Shown one piece after another: positions 34,379-61,972 of a stretch of DNA of 64,000 nucleotides. Each line of letters begins with the position of its first letter. Position 1 is the stretch's first letter. The notes beneath the pieces are model-generated. The model searched no databases. It was given only the letters and a program-made list of their open reading frames with translations, and was not told the origin of the DNA. Both the position numbers and the translations under genes were made by a program. The stretch covers positions 1,018,391 through 1,082,390 of the forward strand of contig JAWQFM010000014.1 of the NCBI GenBank assembly GCA_033442325.1, given 5' to 3'. Source of the stretch: Salpingoeca rosetta (taxonomy: Eukaryota > Protista > Choanoflagellata).

Positions 34379-35582
34379 CCAAATTGCATCGGAAGACCAA
34401 GCAGTCTATGCGGTTTCTCCTCGAGTGGCTGCACAAGCGGAGGAGGAGCACCATGGCAAGGACATGCAACGCGGGGAAAGCCTGCAGGCTGAGATGCAAC
34501 AGGAGGCGCCATTGATTGAACTCTTCACAGAACCGCCGCGCGAAGAGGGCGATATCCACCAGCAGCCGGCGACAGAGCAAGAGGAGCAGCCGCCTCTGTC
34601 TTCTTCTCCCACAACACCAACATCAGCAGCAATAGCATCAGCGCCAGCAACAGCAGCAGCAACGCCACCAAGCAGCCGCAACGAGCAACAGCAGCCTGTG
34701 TCCGCTGTACAGACACACAAAGCCAATCCACACGACCCCCAAGACTCACGAGAGACGCAAGCACAACATCCACAAGAGGCACACGACACACACGACATGC
34801 AAGAACCACAAGAACCACAGCAGACACCACAAGACGATGAAGAGGTGGAGGAGGAGGAGAGTGCGTATGTGCTGCCTGAGACACGATACGAGCTGCCGCG
34901 CTCCACGTTTGACGTTGCCGCACTTGTTGCCAACCAAGACATGGCGTGGTTCCCTCCGCCGCCAACGGCGTATCCACCTCGCTCCCAGTCCATCAGCAGC
35001 GAGGAGCACGTGCACAGCAAGGCAAGCTGGCGCGATGAAGACTACCCGGCCACCACTGGTGCCGACCACCGCCACCGCCACGACCACGATGATGACATCT
35101 TTGACGCCGTTGCTGCTGGTCGATATGGAAAGGGTCGCGGAGCACACAGCCGCCTCAGTGACGACAGTGCTGATGGTGATGATGGTGATGGCAATGTCAG
35201 CGCCGGTCTGTTTTCGTTCCTGCAGCCCGCGTTTGACTGCTCTTTCCTCTTTGAGCATTCCCTGCCGCAATGCGTCTCAGCACTTGCAAGCTTGTCCACC
35301 GATGAACCACAAGCGGCAACAGCCCCACCAACGCCTACAACAACAGCATCAACAACAGCATCAACAGCAGCAGCAACCACAACCCCTGCCACCAGGCACA
35401 CATCAACACACTTACCACCCCCACCCCCACCCCCACCCTCAAAAACAACAACAACAACAACAACAACAGCGTCATCACGCGTGTCAGACACCAAGGCGTC
35501 GCCTGCGTACGACCTTGACTTTGATCGTCCGTATCAGCTGCCAGAGCCAACGTTCGATGTGTCAACTCTTGTTCTCGACTGA
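33747..35582 (+). CDS. NBR1 FW/Ig-like (ILRUN-type) domain protein with long acidic disordered tail, single exon
   Basis: FTVCNTGTMPWP..VQPGEAVDVLV..SFGPFLHFQV resembles the NBR1 FW consensus, with several Trp substituted. 611-aa ATG-initiated ORF. Confidence 0.7.
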
Positions 35583-35670
35583 TGTTGTGCAGCCGTTGTG
35601 TTGCTGCTCGTCGTGCTGCATTGCGCGTGAAGATGTGCGCATTTGTGTGTGTGTGTATGTGTGTGTGTGT

Positions 35671-35743
<73 letters not shown>

Positions 35744-36255
35744 AGAGAGAGTCTGTGTGAGTGTCTGTGTGTATGTTTGTGTATTTTTTTTTGTGCGTGT
35801 GTGTGTGTTTGTGTGTTTTGTGCGTGTACGTGTGTGTGTGATCAAGCGCTTCACACTTGTTTGTGTTTGTGGAGTGCTGGATGGCTTCATCCCCACCCCT
35901 CTCCACCATCCCTCTCCTAAGTTGTGTTGTTTCATTCATAACGTGCTTGCTTGCTGCTTGCTGCTTGCTGTGGGGGTTTACTCATGTCAGTTGAACCATG
36001 CCATCATGTCACAGCACAACATGTTGATGTTGCCCCGTCGCCGTCGCCACGGCTGCTTCTTCCTAACTTAGCCACGTTGATTCTAACCGAAATACACAAC
36101 AGTCAACACGCGTCGCATGTTGTGCACTCGTCTGTCACGTCTCTTACCACAGCCAACCCCTTGAACGCAACCCATACACGACCCCACCAACCAACCCAAC
36201 CAACCCAACAAAACCAAACCAATCAACCAACCAACCCAACAAAACCACCACTCCA

Positions 36256-43953
<7,698 letters not shown>

Positions 43954-45147
43954 GGTATCGATCACACTGTTGAAGACTAGAGCTGGCCTTTCCACAGAAA
44001 TTAGAGCAAGCGAGGCAGAGTGAGAGAGAGAGAGAGAGACGGAGAGAGAGAGTGTGTGTTTGTGTTTGTGTTAGAACGAGAGCGTGCGTGAGTGTGTGAG
44101 TGTGTGTGTGCGCGCGCGTGTGTGTGTGTGAGTGAGTTGGAGAGGCGAGCGGTGATGATATGAGGCAGCAAGCCAGCTGTGATGAGATAACGCGCAAGCG
44201 CACACCACGGCGGCAGCACACACAGATGCACACAAGGCTGGAGCGAACCTGAGTCTCTTGTGTCGTTCTGCTACTCTGCCTTCTTCGTATCTCTGTGATT
44301 TGATGACTGAGCCTTTTGGAGACACACACACTCACGCACACACGCACGCACACACGCACACACACACACACTCTCTCTTCGTCCCCCCAGCCAGAGCTTC
44401 GACAAGGAAGCAAGCAGCGTCGTCACCCTTTGCTTGTGAACTCGGCGGCTCTGATCACACTGCTTGGCTGAAGCAAGACAAGATGAGCAAGCAAGAAGAA
44501 AGCAAGAAAGCAAGAAAGGGGGGTGGCGTTGGGGCAGTGTTCGCGCAAAGTGGCGCGGCGGTTGTTGGTTGCTGAATTTTGATTCGATGTGTTTTTAAGG
44601 ACTCTAGGCTGACGTCCTTGAAGGTCTTACATGCTTCGGAGTAGCGAAGACTGAATGCGTTTTCGCGATTTGGCAATGCACCGCGTCGCATTCCATGCGC
44701 ACCAACAACAAAGACAACAACAGGCCAACAACAACGGAAACGGCAAGCCACCAGCCATCCAACCAGCCAACCACGCTCATAGGCGATCGAAGATATCATC
44801 AGCCAGCAAAGAACGGGAGCACCTTCACCTTATTTGTTTGACCTTGGCCAAACAGGTAGAAGAAAGGGAGGCGGCGTGTTGTGCTCGTACTTGTTCTGCG
44901 CTGTTGTTGAAGTTTGTGAGGTTGTGACGTCTCAGCCTTGGAGCCATACACAGCAACACCGACCACACAGCAACGCCGACCACACACACACGCACTCAGA
45001 CGCCCAAGCGTTGGAAGAACAGCTAGAACAGCTGCATTACGGCCGGCCAAGAAACAGTGCCAGCACCAGAACCTTGCACCACCAACAACACCAGCAGGCA
45101 GAACGTCGCAGCCGAGTAGCAGTGGTGGCAGACAGCTACAGCTGACC

Positions 45148-48100
45148 ATGCGGTCGGACTGTGATGATCCGCCTGCGCGCGTGACCCGGCGCACGAGTCA
45201 CGAAGCAGCAGTCACAACAACAGCAACACGAACAGCTGCTGCTCCCACAGCTGGAGGTGAGCGGCGGGAGAGCGGCGATACCCGTGCACGTTCAAACAAC
45301 ATTCCCAGCCGCAACCGCAACCACAGCAACCAGAACAAGCAGCACACCATGGAAACTGCAGATGGGGGCGGGAAGGTGCGACGGTCCAGCTCCCAGGACA
45401 AGCTCTGCACCAAGTCTGCAAGCAACATCTCAGGGCAATCCATGTCCACAGACACGTCCTCAGAAACAGTTCAATCATCGTCAGATGCAGCATCAGGCAC
45501 CACCTCGCATGCAGCACCGTCATCGTGTGCCTCTACCCTCGCCCAGACCGGCGCAGCTCATGTGCCTGCGCCCACATCATCGCACACGGGCAGCAGGGAC
45601 AGCAGAGACAGCAGTGCTGCTCTGACGTCGATGGGGACCGCGTCAAAGCTCTTGCTGGAGGTGCGTTGAAGGAGGAGGAAGCACGAGAGTGTGTATTGCG
45701 TGTATGTACGTGATGTGTGGAAGCTCCTGTGTGAGAGCGTGTGTTCGTGTGTTTGTGTTTGTGTGAGAGAGCGTGTGTTCGTGTGTTCGTGTGTGTGTGT
45801 GTGTTTGTGTTTGTGTGTGTGTGTTTGTGTTTGTGTGTATGTGTGTGCTTGAGCTTGGTTGTTGGGTTCGGACCTTTGAGGTTGGGGTTGCATGGGCGGG
45901 TTTTGTGCCTGTGTTGCTTTGGACTGCGAAATGCCTTGTTTGCAGAAGTGTCCACGCACATTTCAAACGAATGCGCTGCGGCAAGAGCATCTCTTGTGTC
46001 GCCCACACGATCCCATCCTCACACACAAAAACAACCACCAACACATGTCCACACACATGCATTCGTTTCGCTTGCCCTCCATGGTGTTATCTCATGTATC
46101 TGATGGTTCCACAGCAGTCTGGCGACCAGCTGCTCACTGCAGAGTCAGCAGATTTGCTGACATCAAGCACCTCATCGACGAGTGGACGGCGAAACGTGTT
46201 CCGGGCGGGCCAGCTCGGCGCCATCCGCCTCTCCCTCATGATCAACCCGACGTCGCGTGAGCTCCTTGTCACCGTCATTGAGGGGCGCGACTTCCCCATG
46301 CTTGGATCAGATCTTCCAGACAGGTGCAGTGAATGGCTCGCGACAGGTGGCGCTGTATTCCTTGAGTTGCTGCTCGCGCGTTTTGTGTTTGCTTTGCTTG
46401 TGTGGTAGGTTGTCTGCGTGTTTGTCTTGCTTGTGCATGTGTATTTCCATGCCTTTGATCGTTGGCTCGTGCGGTTTGCTTGGGGACTTTGTGAAGACAC
46501 TCCTCTACCATGCTACGCCGATGTGGCTCGCACTCACCAACCCCCCTCCCTTTCTGCTCTCATTTTACCACGCCATGCAGCCACGTGCGCGTGAGTCTGT
46601 GCTCGGACCAGTCCAAGTCGGGGCGGCGGCGCACGCGCACCGCCAAGCGCACGCGCGCGCCATCATGGGACGAGACGCTTGCTCCGCTCAAGATTGCGCG
46701 CGAAAGCGTCAGCGATGAGATGCTGCGGATTCAGGTGGGCAGATCGTCGTCCTCTGTGGTGGTGTGGGGGATGGTGTGGCGTGCATGCTTGTCTTGTTCA
46801 TGCCAATCCACTTCCCTTCGTTCCTTCCTTTCATCTGCACCAGCTTGCACTGCGCACGGCTCACGCACCTGCTCATCAACACGACTACCATCGTCACCAC
46901 CACCATCACCACCATCACCACCGTCGTCATCATTACCAACATCATCAGGTGTATTTTGAGAGCAGCACCTCGCTTGCTGGCGAGACCTACTTGCCTCTCG
47001 ATCGTGCACTCCGCGCTTTCCCCGAAAACCTCAATGACTGGTTCATCTTGCAGCCGGCCCACAGCAGCAGGCGCAGGTCAGTGACACACACACACACACC
47101 ACGTCGTATGCACTTGCACGTGTGCATGTGTGATTGTGGAAGAAACGTGGCTATTCTCGTGCATGAATGCGTGTGTTGACCAGGAGGCTGGTCTCACGCC
47201 AAAAGCACACTCACACACCCACACAATCTTACTCTTCACACTCACACACCCACACACTCACACTCACACACTCACACTCACACTCACACTCACACTCACA
47301 CTCACACTCACACTCACACTCACACTCACACTCACACACATTCACGCACTCACACATCCGCATCCACATATTCATACAATCAGGTCTGGGCCGAAATGGC
47401 TGAAGCGCGGTGGCGAAACAAGCGATATGGACAGCAGTGCACCCTTCATTTCTTTTCTCAACGCCAGGCTGGCCGCTCTCAAGGTACGCAACACACGTGC
47501 ACACACACACACACAAACAAACACAAGCACATACAAGACACATACACATGTCAGGCTAGCAGTGAATGTACTGCGGTGTGGACTATTGACTCAGCTTTCA
47601 CACCACAGACAAGAGACCACAAACAAGGCGAGATTGGTGAGTTGCAGTCGCAGCGTGCACGAGCAATAACAGCACACGTTTGCCTGTGCATGTGTGTGTG
47701 TGTGCTTTCATGTTCTTCTTTGTGTAGGACTCGCCACTCGACACGGAAGCGAAGCGGTATTTCGGGTACCGAACCAAATACTGGGCAGAAGTCATCCCAG
47801 AGGTAACACCATTGAACACGATGCACTCTCAAGAAGAGAGGTGTCAAAGGAGTGTTGGCATTGTCGGTGACGTGTTTTCTCATGTATGTTCTCCCTATCC
47901 ATTCTTCTTCGTAATACTGGTGACAGTGACCCCTGAGAATCACCCTGCAATTGCACACCAAAGCGATCGCTCACCTATCCATCCTTCCGTTGACAACAGA
48001 TGTCGGCGGCTCAAGGCAACGACGAGAAACTGGCAAACGCCATGTGGGAGCTCTTCACAACAGAGACGGCCCACTTGTCTGTGCTCTCTGTTCTCAACAA

Positions 48101-51100
48101 CCCATTCCACCGCATGCTCCAGGAAGTCAAACAGGTGTGTGTGTGTGTGTTTGCGTTTGTGGATGCAATGTTTTGTGTCGCGTGTGTGTGTCTGCCGCTT
48201 CATGAGGTTGCTTTGCGTTTGGACTTCCATCTGGCTCGTACATGGCTTGATTGTTGTTGCCTGCAAGCAACTGTAATACCACTCATTCGCCGTTTGTTTC
48301 CTCATGCCGAAATACTACCGACTTGGGTGTTTTGCAGAACAAGACGGACACGCGCGTCAAATACGTCTTGAAGGACTGCAAGGTTTGCTCTCTCCTTCTC
48401 TCTGCTTGCAAATGCAATGCAGTGCTCGATAGTGGATGGTTCCCGGCTGTGCTGCTTTTCTTTTTCTTTCACAGAATAGGCGCTTCTGCGCGACTGTCTC
48501 GCATTCTCTCACAGCTGCGTTTGCGACTGTCTCTCATTCTCTCACAGCTGCACACATACACACACACACATACACACACACACACATACACATACACACA
48601 TTCACACACACATTCACACACACATTCACACACATTCACACACACACATTCACACACACACACATTCACACACACACACACACACGCTCGCAACACAGCT
48701 GGACAAGATATTTGGCAGCGTGCACGAGCTCATGGAAATCAGCCTCTCCTTTGTCAAGGTGCGGCTCGTTTCACGATCATAGCAACTCGTTCATCGCGTT
48801 GTTGTTGTTATGCCTGCTTTGCCTATGATCCCTTGCTGCTTTGCACGAACACCACCCTCCATCTTCGCCCTTCCTCACTCTGATTCCCGCGCACACCAAT
48901 GAACCTTTTGTGTCTATTCCTCCTCTCTTTACTCTGTCCATTTACTCCCTTCTCCCCCCCCCCACACACACACAATCTTTCTTCTCTGCTCTCCCAGGCA
49001 CTCGAGTCCATCTTTGTCAACCGCGCTGCAAACGTGCGCGAAATGACTGCAGCAACAGTGCCATCATCACCACGCAAATCCAGCCGCAGCCGCGGCAATG
49101 CCGGTGATGATGATGATGACGACGGCGATGAGGATGAAGATCAGCAGACGCAGCAGCGTGTTGTCGATTCACTGCTGGATGTTGGCGCTGTCGTTGACGC
49201 ATTTGCCGCCTTGCAAGAGCGCCTCCTGGAACCAGAAATGAAATATCGCTTGCAGGTGCATCAGCGTGCACGACCGCTTTCACCTCTTTCTCTTTCCTCA
49301 TCCCCACTTGCTCTCGTCTCACTTTTCCTGCTCACCGCCTTTTGCAACCTTTCTTCCTCTCATTTCGCCTCACACCCATCCCATGACCACCACAAACACC
49401 CATCACGTGTACTTTTCACACAGCACGACCGCGCCCGCCGCTACATCAAGCGAACGCTGGCTGATGAGCCTGACGGGGCGTTTGCGCTCTACATGCAGTG
49501 GTGTCAGGAGGACACGCGCTGTGGCCGCCATTCGCTTGCAGATTTGCTGACTCAGCCGTTGCAGCGGCTTACCCGCTACCCGCTGCTCCTCAAGGCCATC
49601 CTCAAGCACACGCCAGAGGACAGTCCAAACAGGTGCGCATGTTGTGTGTATGTGTGTATGTGTGTGTGTTTAGTGTGTATGTGTGTGTGTGGTGGGTGCG
49701 TATTTGACTGGTATAGTGGGTATTGCTTGATTCATGCTTTATGTTGGGAGTTTGCTTCGGGCTGTCGTGCTTGTTTGTTGTCTTCATTTTATGTCAACTT
49801 CTTCCCATCCACCACCACCATCACCACCACCACCACCACAACTCCCCGTCGTCACTCATCTCGCGTGTCGTGTCCATGCAGGGAGCGCTTGGAGGATCAA
49901 ATTGCGTACTTGGCGACGGCAATCGACGAGCACGACCGCAGAATGCGTTTGCAGGACAATTCAAACAAGTTGCGCAAGCTGCAGAACAACCTTATCTGGC
50001 CATCAGCCATGGAGACGTCCGCAAATGTACGTCCCAATGCGCGTGTAACCACGGCATATGCAGCAAGCGCAAACAGGACTCCAGCACTTGCTCACTCCCC
50101 TGCACGTGGTCCGCTTGCTTTTCTCCTCCTCCTCCTCCTCCTCCTCCTCCTCATCCTCCTCCTCCTCCTCCTCCTCCTCCTCCTCCTCCTCCTCCTCCTC
50201 CTCCTCCTCCTCCTCCTCCTCCTCCTCCTCCTCCCTTCTTCCTCCTTCTTCCCCACGATTACAGGCGTTTGTGTCGCCAGTGCACACGGCGTATCTTGGC
50301 ACGCGAAAGCCGATTGACCTGCGCACGCAACTGCACCGCTATGAGGAGCAGTCAGGCATGGTGGGTGATGATATGCACTGACAGCGATGGCAGTTGCACG
50401 TGTTACGTGTGGCCGTCTCTTGTGTGCTGCGTTCCATGCCTTGCGTGCCATGGTCATGCTTCCACGCCTGCACACAACATCCTGTAACTTACTCTCATGT
50501 ACCTCCCCCTTATCTCTTTCACCCTCCTTGCATGTGTAGACCGATGTGATCCGGGACCATGTGTGCGATGGCTGGCTAACCACGATGACACGCGCGGGGA
50601 AGGAAGCAGAGCAAATTTACGTCGCCATTGTGGGGCAACTCATGCTCATGGCAAAGGTTTGTGCAAATTGTGTGCATTAGATGCGAGAAGTGAATGTGCT
50701 GTTTCCTTTCAATCGAGCAGGGTTGTGCTAGCGTGCTGGCTGGTTCAATTGCTCTGCTTGATCACACAATCCACGTGGACCGACACGTTCATGTGCTCAT
50801 GATTGGTGTTGTCATATGTTCTGCACTCACCGACCCCAACTGTGCATGCGCGTGTGTGTGGTGCTCTTGTTCCCTTCTTCCCAGCCGTATCAACAGGCGG
50901 CTCAAAGTAACGGCGGAATGAGGCGAACCATCTCAGAGGACAAACCGACTGTAAGTGCACGACGCACAAAGCATGAGGGTAGATGGATGGATGCCTGCTG
51001 CTTGCAGGCAAGCATCTGTTGTGGTTGCTGTACAAACGGAGAGGGAAGAGCGACCATCTGCACACACACACACACACACACACATGCTTGCGGCAATGCG

Positions 51101-51867
51101 CATATTGTGCGATTTGACCCTTGCACCACATGCACCCACCTCACTATTGCCACCTACCTGCCTCAACTCCATGACACCAGCTGCCGGTGTCTGCACACCG
51201 GGATTCGTCGGATGAGGATGACGATGATGATGACGGGCTGTTGCAAGTGGAGGCTGCACATCACCTGTGCGAGGTTGTGGTGTTGGACGTGGAGGACCAG
51301 ACGGCGCTCGTGAAGAACTGCTTCACGCTTGTTGTCATGGGCCCATTCGGCACCCCTGCTTCCCTCCTCACACTCAAGGCAGAGTCCGCATACGACAAGA
51401 CGGAATGGCTCAAACACCTCAGGTATGAAAGCGACTGGATGTACATGTGAGTGCGTGCGAGTGTGTGTATGTGCGTGTGTGCGTGTGTGTGTGTGTCTGA
51501 GTGGAGTGGAGAAAAGTACATTGAGGCACACATGCACGTACACACACGCATGCATGCAACCAGACACACTCGCCTGCCGAGCTCCCGTGCTGATTTTTGC
51601 TTGTGCTGACTCGGCCTGTTGGTGTTTAATGTGCGTGTGTTGTGTATGCGTAGGAACGGGATTGACACGACAGATCATCTTCGTTCGGCTGTTCGGAAGC
51701 CAAGCCACTCGTTCTTCGTCTCTCGTGATTCCACCTCGACCTTGGTAAGAAAAGGACACACGACAAACGAAACAGCAAATTGAAAATTGGTGTGCTTGTG
51801 TATTGTGCACGGCACATGCATTCAATGTGCATGTATACATGCGACTTCCAACACACACACACACACG

Positions 51868-51907
<40 letters not shown>

Positions 51908-53464
51908 CCCTCTTACGTGAATCTCCTCTCCCCTTCCCCCCTCATAACACACACGCGCGCACGCGAAGGGCTCGGACATGTCCTCACGACGGGAATCGAC
52001 GTGGGCGGCTGGGCTGCGCGCCCTGCGCTCTCCAATGGAACGCGCAGCGAGCCGCGATGTGTTTGCGCGTCGGCGGATCAGCGATGCATATGATGAGGTG
52101 GGACCAGACCTCCCTCCAGAGGCATACGCGTACGATGACGCCCCTCAGCACGTTCACCACCAGCACCATCACCACCACGGCCATCACCACCACGGCCACC
52201 ACCAGCCGCGGCGTGCAGACCGGAAATCGTCACGTCGATCGCACACATCACCGCTGTCGTCCACCAACTCGTCCGTGCGTGGCAGCCAGCGCAGCCGCAC
52301 CGCATCTGCACGCTCCAGCCGCTCACAGCGCATATCGGAGCGCGCAAACCGACTCAGCCAGACTGGCGGGCACATTACATCGCGTGATCTTGAGGAGTCG
52401 GGTGACCTCGTTGTGCCGCTTCGCCGCGGCGCTGGTCTGATGCGTCGGCGAGGGCGCGGTCGCCTCAGCGATGGCTCGGATCGCGTGTCCATGGCGCACA
52501 TCTCTGCCGAGCTCACGGGCGCCGCTGATTCCGGTGGCTCCTCCTACTCCATTCTGCACGAGGAGGACAGGCAGCGCGACAGCAGCGTGCTTGCAGGCAA
52601 CGGTGGTATTGTGGCGGGCGTTTCCGACGCCGACGGAGGCATGGCCAGCCAGAGCCCGTCTGCCTCACATGCGCGCGTGGGTGCACGCGGATCCATGTCA
52701 GTTCGATCAGCAGACGCGGCATTGAGCCTGTCCTCGCCTTCATCGGCAACAGCACTTGGACGTCAGCGCAACAGCCAGCAGCAGCAGCAGCAGCATGAGG
52801 TTGCCGGCACGACGGCAGTAGGCGCATACACAGACGACCGTGCCGGTGTTGATGCAGGGCGCCCCCGCTTGCTCAAACGCCCCAGCTCTGCAGATGCGCT
52901 GCGAACAGCGCGGAGCAGTCAGAGTACGCTGGCATCGACAGCAACGAGCACCCGCCACGGCAGCACGGATGTGGCGGAGGGCGGCACGTGCGGTGAGGAA
53001 AGTGACACGGTGCACACGCCGCAGCCACCGTTGGGCTCTGCGTCACAAACGGCGGTGATGGGCGCGGGCTCACGCGGTGACATCTTCTTCGCCGAGGACG
53101 ATGACATGTGCGGGAATGGTGCTACTGCTGGTGGTGTTGATGACCACGATGCAGCAGCGGACGCAGGCAACGTTACCGAGCAGCGTGACGATGAAGCGGA
53201 GGAAGCTGGCGATGCTGGCCATGGTGACAACAAACAAGCTCGCCTATCGTCCAGCAACAACCAGCAGCACCAGCAGCAGCCCTCGGCGGTGCTGGTTTCG
53301 GATGGGCCGAGTACACAGCAGCCTTGTGTTCCTCGCCAGGACTCCCCCGCGTCGTCAACGGCATACGATCAGCAGCCCGTCATGCCCGCAAAGTCACACA
53401 TCAAGTGAGTGCCAGCGTGAGGTTGCGTGCTTTTATGTGTGTTCTGTGTATGCCTGTGTGCTTG

Positions 53465-53523
<59 letters not shown>

Positions 53524-54291
53524 TGTGTGTTGGTAAGAGGGTAAGAAAGAACGTCAAACACGCTTGCTGTTGTGAACATGCCCCCTCATCATCACATTGC
53601 CCACTCGTCTGCTTGCGTCATTGTGTGCTGGCTTCTCATCGTACCACCACCCAACTCAACACAACTCACATGCTCTCTTGTTCTCTCTTGTTCTCCTTAA
53701 TCTTCTTTGTTCATCAGTCGCCTGGTGTCTCGGTACCGCAAGCGGCTCTCCACCAACATGGTTGACAAAGGTCGAGCACAGCAACAACAGCAACAGCAGC
53801 AGCAGCAACAGCCAGCAGGGCATGGATGCGCCCTCGGCGGGCAAAGCGTGTCTGTGCTCCCTTCACACGCGCACATGTCTGCGAGCGGGCAGAACGCAGT
53901 GCCAGCGGCTGGCAGGGATTCGGAGAGGATGCTGGATATGGAAGTGGCTGCGGTGATGGAGTCATCGGCCTTCTCGGTCAAGCTGGCTGGGTCGCACGCC
54001 CTGAGGAAACACGGCCGTGCCAGTTCCCCCGTGGCAAGGCCGCGCAGCGCCACATCACCGAACACCATGCGCCACAACAGCGTTGGCTCCCACCGCTTCG
54101 GCAGCAGCAGTCGCAACGGCCCTGCTCTGCACGCGTCCAGGGCCACGGGTGCAGGCCACGGCAGCGGCAGTGCTGCTGTTGACATGTCACGACAGCGAGT
54201 ATCGTCGCTGGGCATGCGCAGCTCCCTCAAGACACGTGACTCCATGCTGCTTGCCTTGGACGGCCACGATAACAGCGGCACCCTTGTGTAG
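45148..54291 (+). CDS. C2-DH-PH Rho guanine nucleotide exchange factor, PLEKHG5/6/7-like, multi-exon
   Basis: C2: GAIRLSL..LLVTVIEGRDF, HVRVSL..RTRTAKRTRAPSWDE, DWFIL. DH: AMWELFTTE, IFGSVHEL, WCQEDTRCGRHSLADLLTQPLQRLTRYPLLLKAILKHT; LQNNLIWP. PH: FTLVVMGPFG..LKAESAYDKTEWL. C-terminus GTLV*. Confidence 0.9.
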
Positions 54292-54838
54292 TTTGATGGG
54301 TGTATCAGCATGTTGCTTGGTGCATGAGCGAGAGAGTGTGAGTGAGCTAGTGTGTGTGTGTGTGAGTGAGTGTGAGTGAGTGAGTGTGTGTGAGTGAGTG
54401 AGTGTGAGTGAGTGAGTGTGTGTGAGTGAGTGAGTGACACTATCGAGAGAGACACTGTCGAGAGAGAGATAGCCCGTAGCCTGCCTTCTTGCCTTGTGTT
54501 CGTTTGTTCAGTCCTTCCTTCGTTTTCCTGCTTATGCTTCCACATGTTCAACGTTACAGTCCCTTTTTCGCTTCTTCGTTATGTTACACATCACGCACAT
54601 CACATCCCAGCCTGACAGCGTGCATGTGTGCTGGGGCTGTTGTCTTTGACGAAGACCCTAGAGTTTCTGTTGTTGCCTTCAGGCAGGCCCAGTTGCTTCG
54701 CATCTTCGCAACGCGTCCACCACTTCTTTCCTTCTTCTTCTGTTAAGCTATTCCGTGTCGTTGCTATTTTGTGCATGTGATAGTAAATTTTCGACAAGCG
54801 TCAGTTTGGCCAAAGGACGCCAAAGCACAACAGCCAAG

Positions 54839-59901
<5,063 letters not shown>

Positions 59902-59930
59902 TTGTGTGCATGTGTGTGTGTGCATGTGTG

Positions 59931-59985
<55 letters not shown>

Positions 59986-60309
59986 TGAAGAACAGTGGCT
60001 TCGTGGTGGGGTCTGTGTTGTTGTGCTGCGTGAGAGTTTCCTTCCCTGTTATCGATCCATTGCGTGTTTCCTTGTCACCCATGTTCATTCCTGTTTTGTG
60101 TACATACACACCCGATATGTTGTGCTCCGACACAAGCAGGCGAGAGAGAAAGAGGAGGGAAGTGACAAGCAGAAGAGGAAAGGGGAAAGAGGACGCATGC
60201 ACACAGCGTCGGTGCCTTGTTTGTGTGCACCCACACATCACACACAATCAAACGCAGCTTGCTTGCTTCCTTGCTTGCGTGTTGTTGCACACGCACGCAA
60301 CCAACAAAG

Positions 60310-60321
60310 TTTGGCGCGAAA
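60310..60321. promoter_or_regulatory. Candidate overlapping inverted E2F site TTTGGCGCGAAA upstream of the SNF2 gene
   Basis: Exact reverse complement of the classical TTTCGCGCCAAA E2F element, ~560 bp 5' of ATG 60878. Confidence 0.45.
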
Positions 60322-60387
60322 CCGCTGAATGCAAAGGCCGTTTTTTTCCTCGCACGACTTTTCTTCCGTGAAGACGACTACGCACAC

Positions 60388-60445
<58 letters not shown>

Positions 60446-60877
60446 GTGCGTGTGTGTCCGTGCGTGTGTGTATGATGGTGATGATGATGCTGGCGACAGT
60501 GCCGTGTGGCGTGTGCATGTGGATGGGCCAAAGGAAACGCTGTGTCACATCATGCGACATGACATGACATCACATCCCTAGACGCTCACCTTCTTTCTTG
60601 CTTGATGGCGCTGTCTTGTGTGCGTGCACTCTGCCCGTTGGCTGCTTGGGCAGACGTCACAAGCATCCAAAGGCCAGCGAAGGAGATCCACGCGCGCGCT
60701 TGCTTGCGTCTTGCTTTTTGTTTCACTGGGATTGTTAGGGTACAGTTGAGCCATCACGGTAGCTTCGAGATCGACACCAACCACCCCCGACCCCTTCCAA
60801 CAGACGGCAGCTCGCTGCAGCCTTGCTGCGCTGGTGTGGAGCACTAGTTTCCCACCCGTTCTCGCCATCTCACCGTC

Positions 60878-61898
60878 ATGTCCTCGGTCGACGAGGATGT
60901 TGATGTGTCGCAATGCACCGAGGTATGTGTGCATGCGTGTGTGTGTCTGTGTGTGTGTGTGTGTGTGCATGTGTGTGTGTGTGTGTGTGTGAACTCGCTG
61001 CTGTGCCGGTGCATGATTCCAGGGTGCATAACTGAAGGGTACATGACTACCAGGGCATGCTGCCGCTCACGATGATTGACCCAACTTGCTTGTGTTCAAC
61101 TGTTTTGGCGACGCTGTATAAAGGCTGAGCGCATGATTGCGATGTTCGTGGACAAGCTGAAAGATGCGGGAGGCAGCAATGCCAACGCGTTCTCCATGCT
61201 CGCCGACAAAGGACACAGCGATGACAGGTACTGCGCCATCAGCTGCAGCACAGCCAATGCACAGCCCGTATGCCGACTGCCTCCACGACCACTGGGGTTT
61301 GTGTGCGTGCTCACCACTGGTGTTGTGCTTCTTCGTGTCTGTCTGTATCCAGCGGAAGCGCGAGGTCAAGACGGAAAGCGCAGTCGGATGAGTCGTGGAA
61401 GTCCATTGATGCCGCCCACACAACACTGCCGTTTGCTCAGCCAAAGAGTAAGCTGGCTACCTCACGCATGTGCATGTTTATGTGTGTGTGTGTTTGTCTG
61501 TCTGTCTGTGTGTGTGTGTGTCTGTCAGACTGTCTGTCTGTCTGTCTGTCTGTGTGTGTGTGTGTGTCTGTCAGACTGTCTGTCTGTCTGTCTGTCTCTG
61601 TGTGTGTGTGTGTCTGTCTGTCTCTGTGTGCGTGTGTGTCGGTGCGTGTGTGCATGTGTGTATGTGATGATGCTCACAGCGCATCTAGAGCTGTCGACAA
61701 CTCACCCTTGCTGCGCATTCTCGTGCGTGTTACTTGTGCCTGTGTGCTCCAGTCATTGAGCACGGAACGCTGCGACCGTACCAGCTGGAGAGCCTTCAGT
61801 TCTTTGCCAACCTCTACAGACACGGCGTATCTGGTGGCATTCTCGCCGACGAGATGGTCTGCACTCGTGCGTGCCTGTGACCAGCAACCACTTGTGTG

Positions 61899-61972
<74 letters not shown>

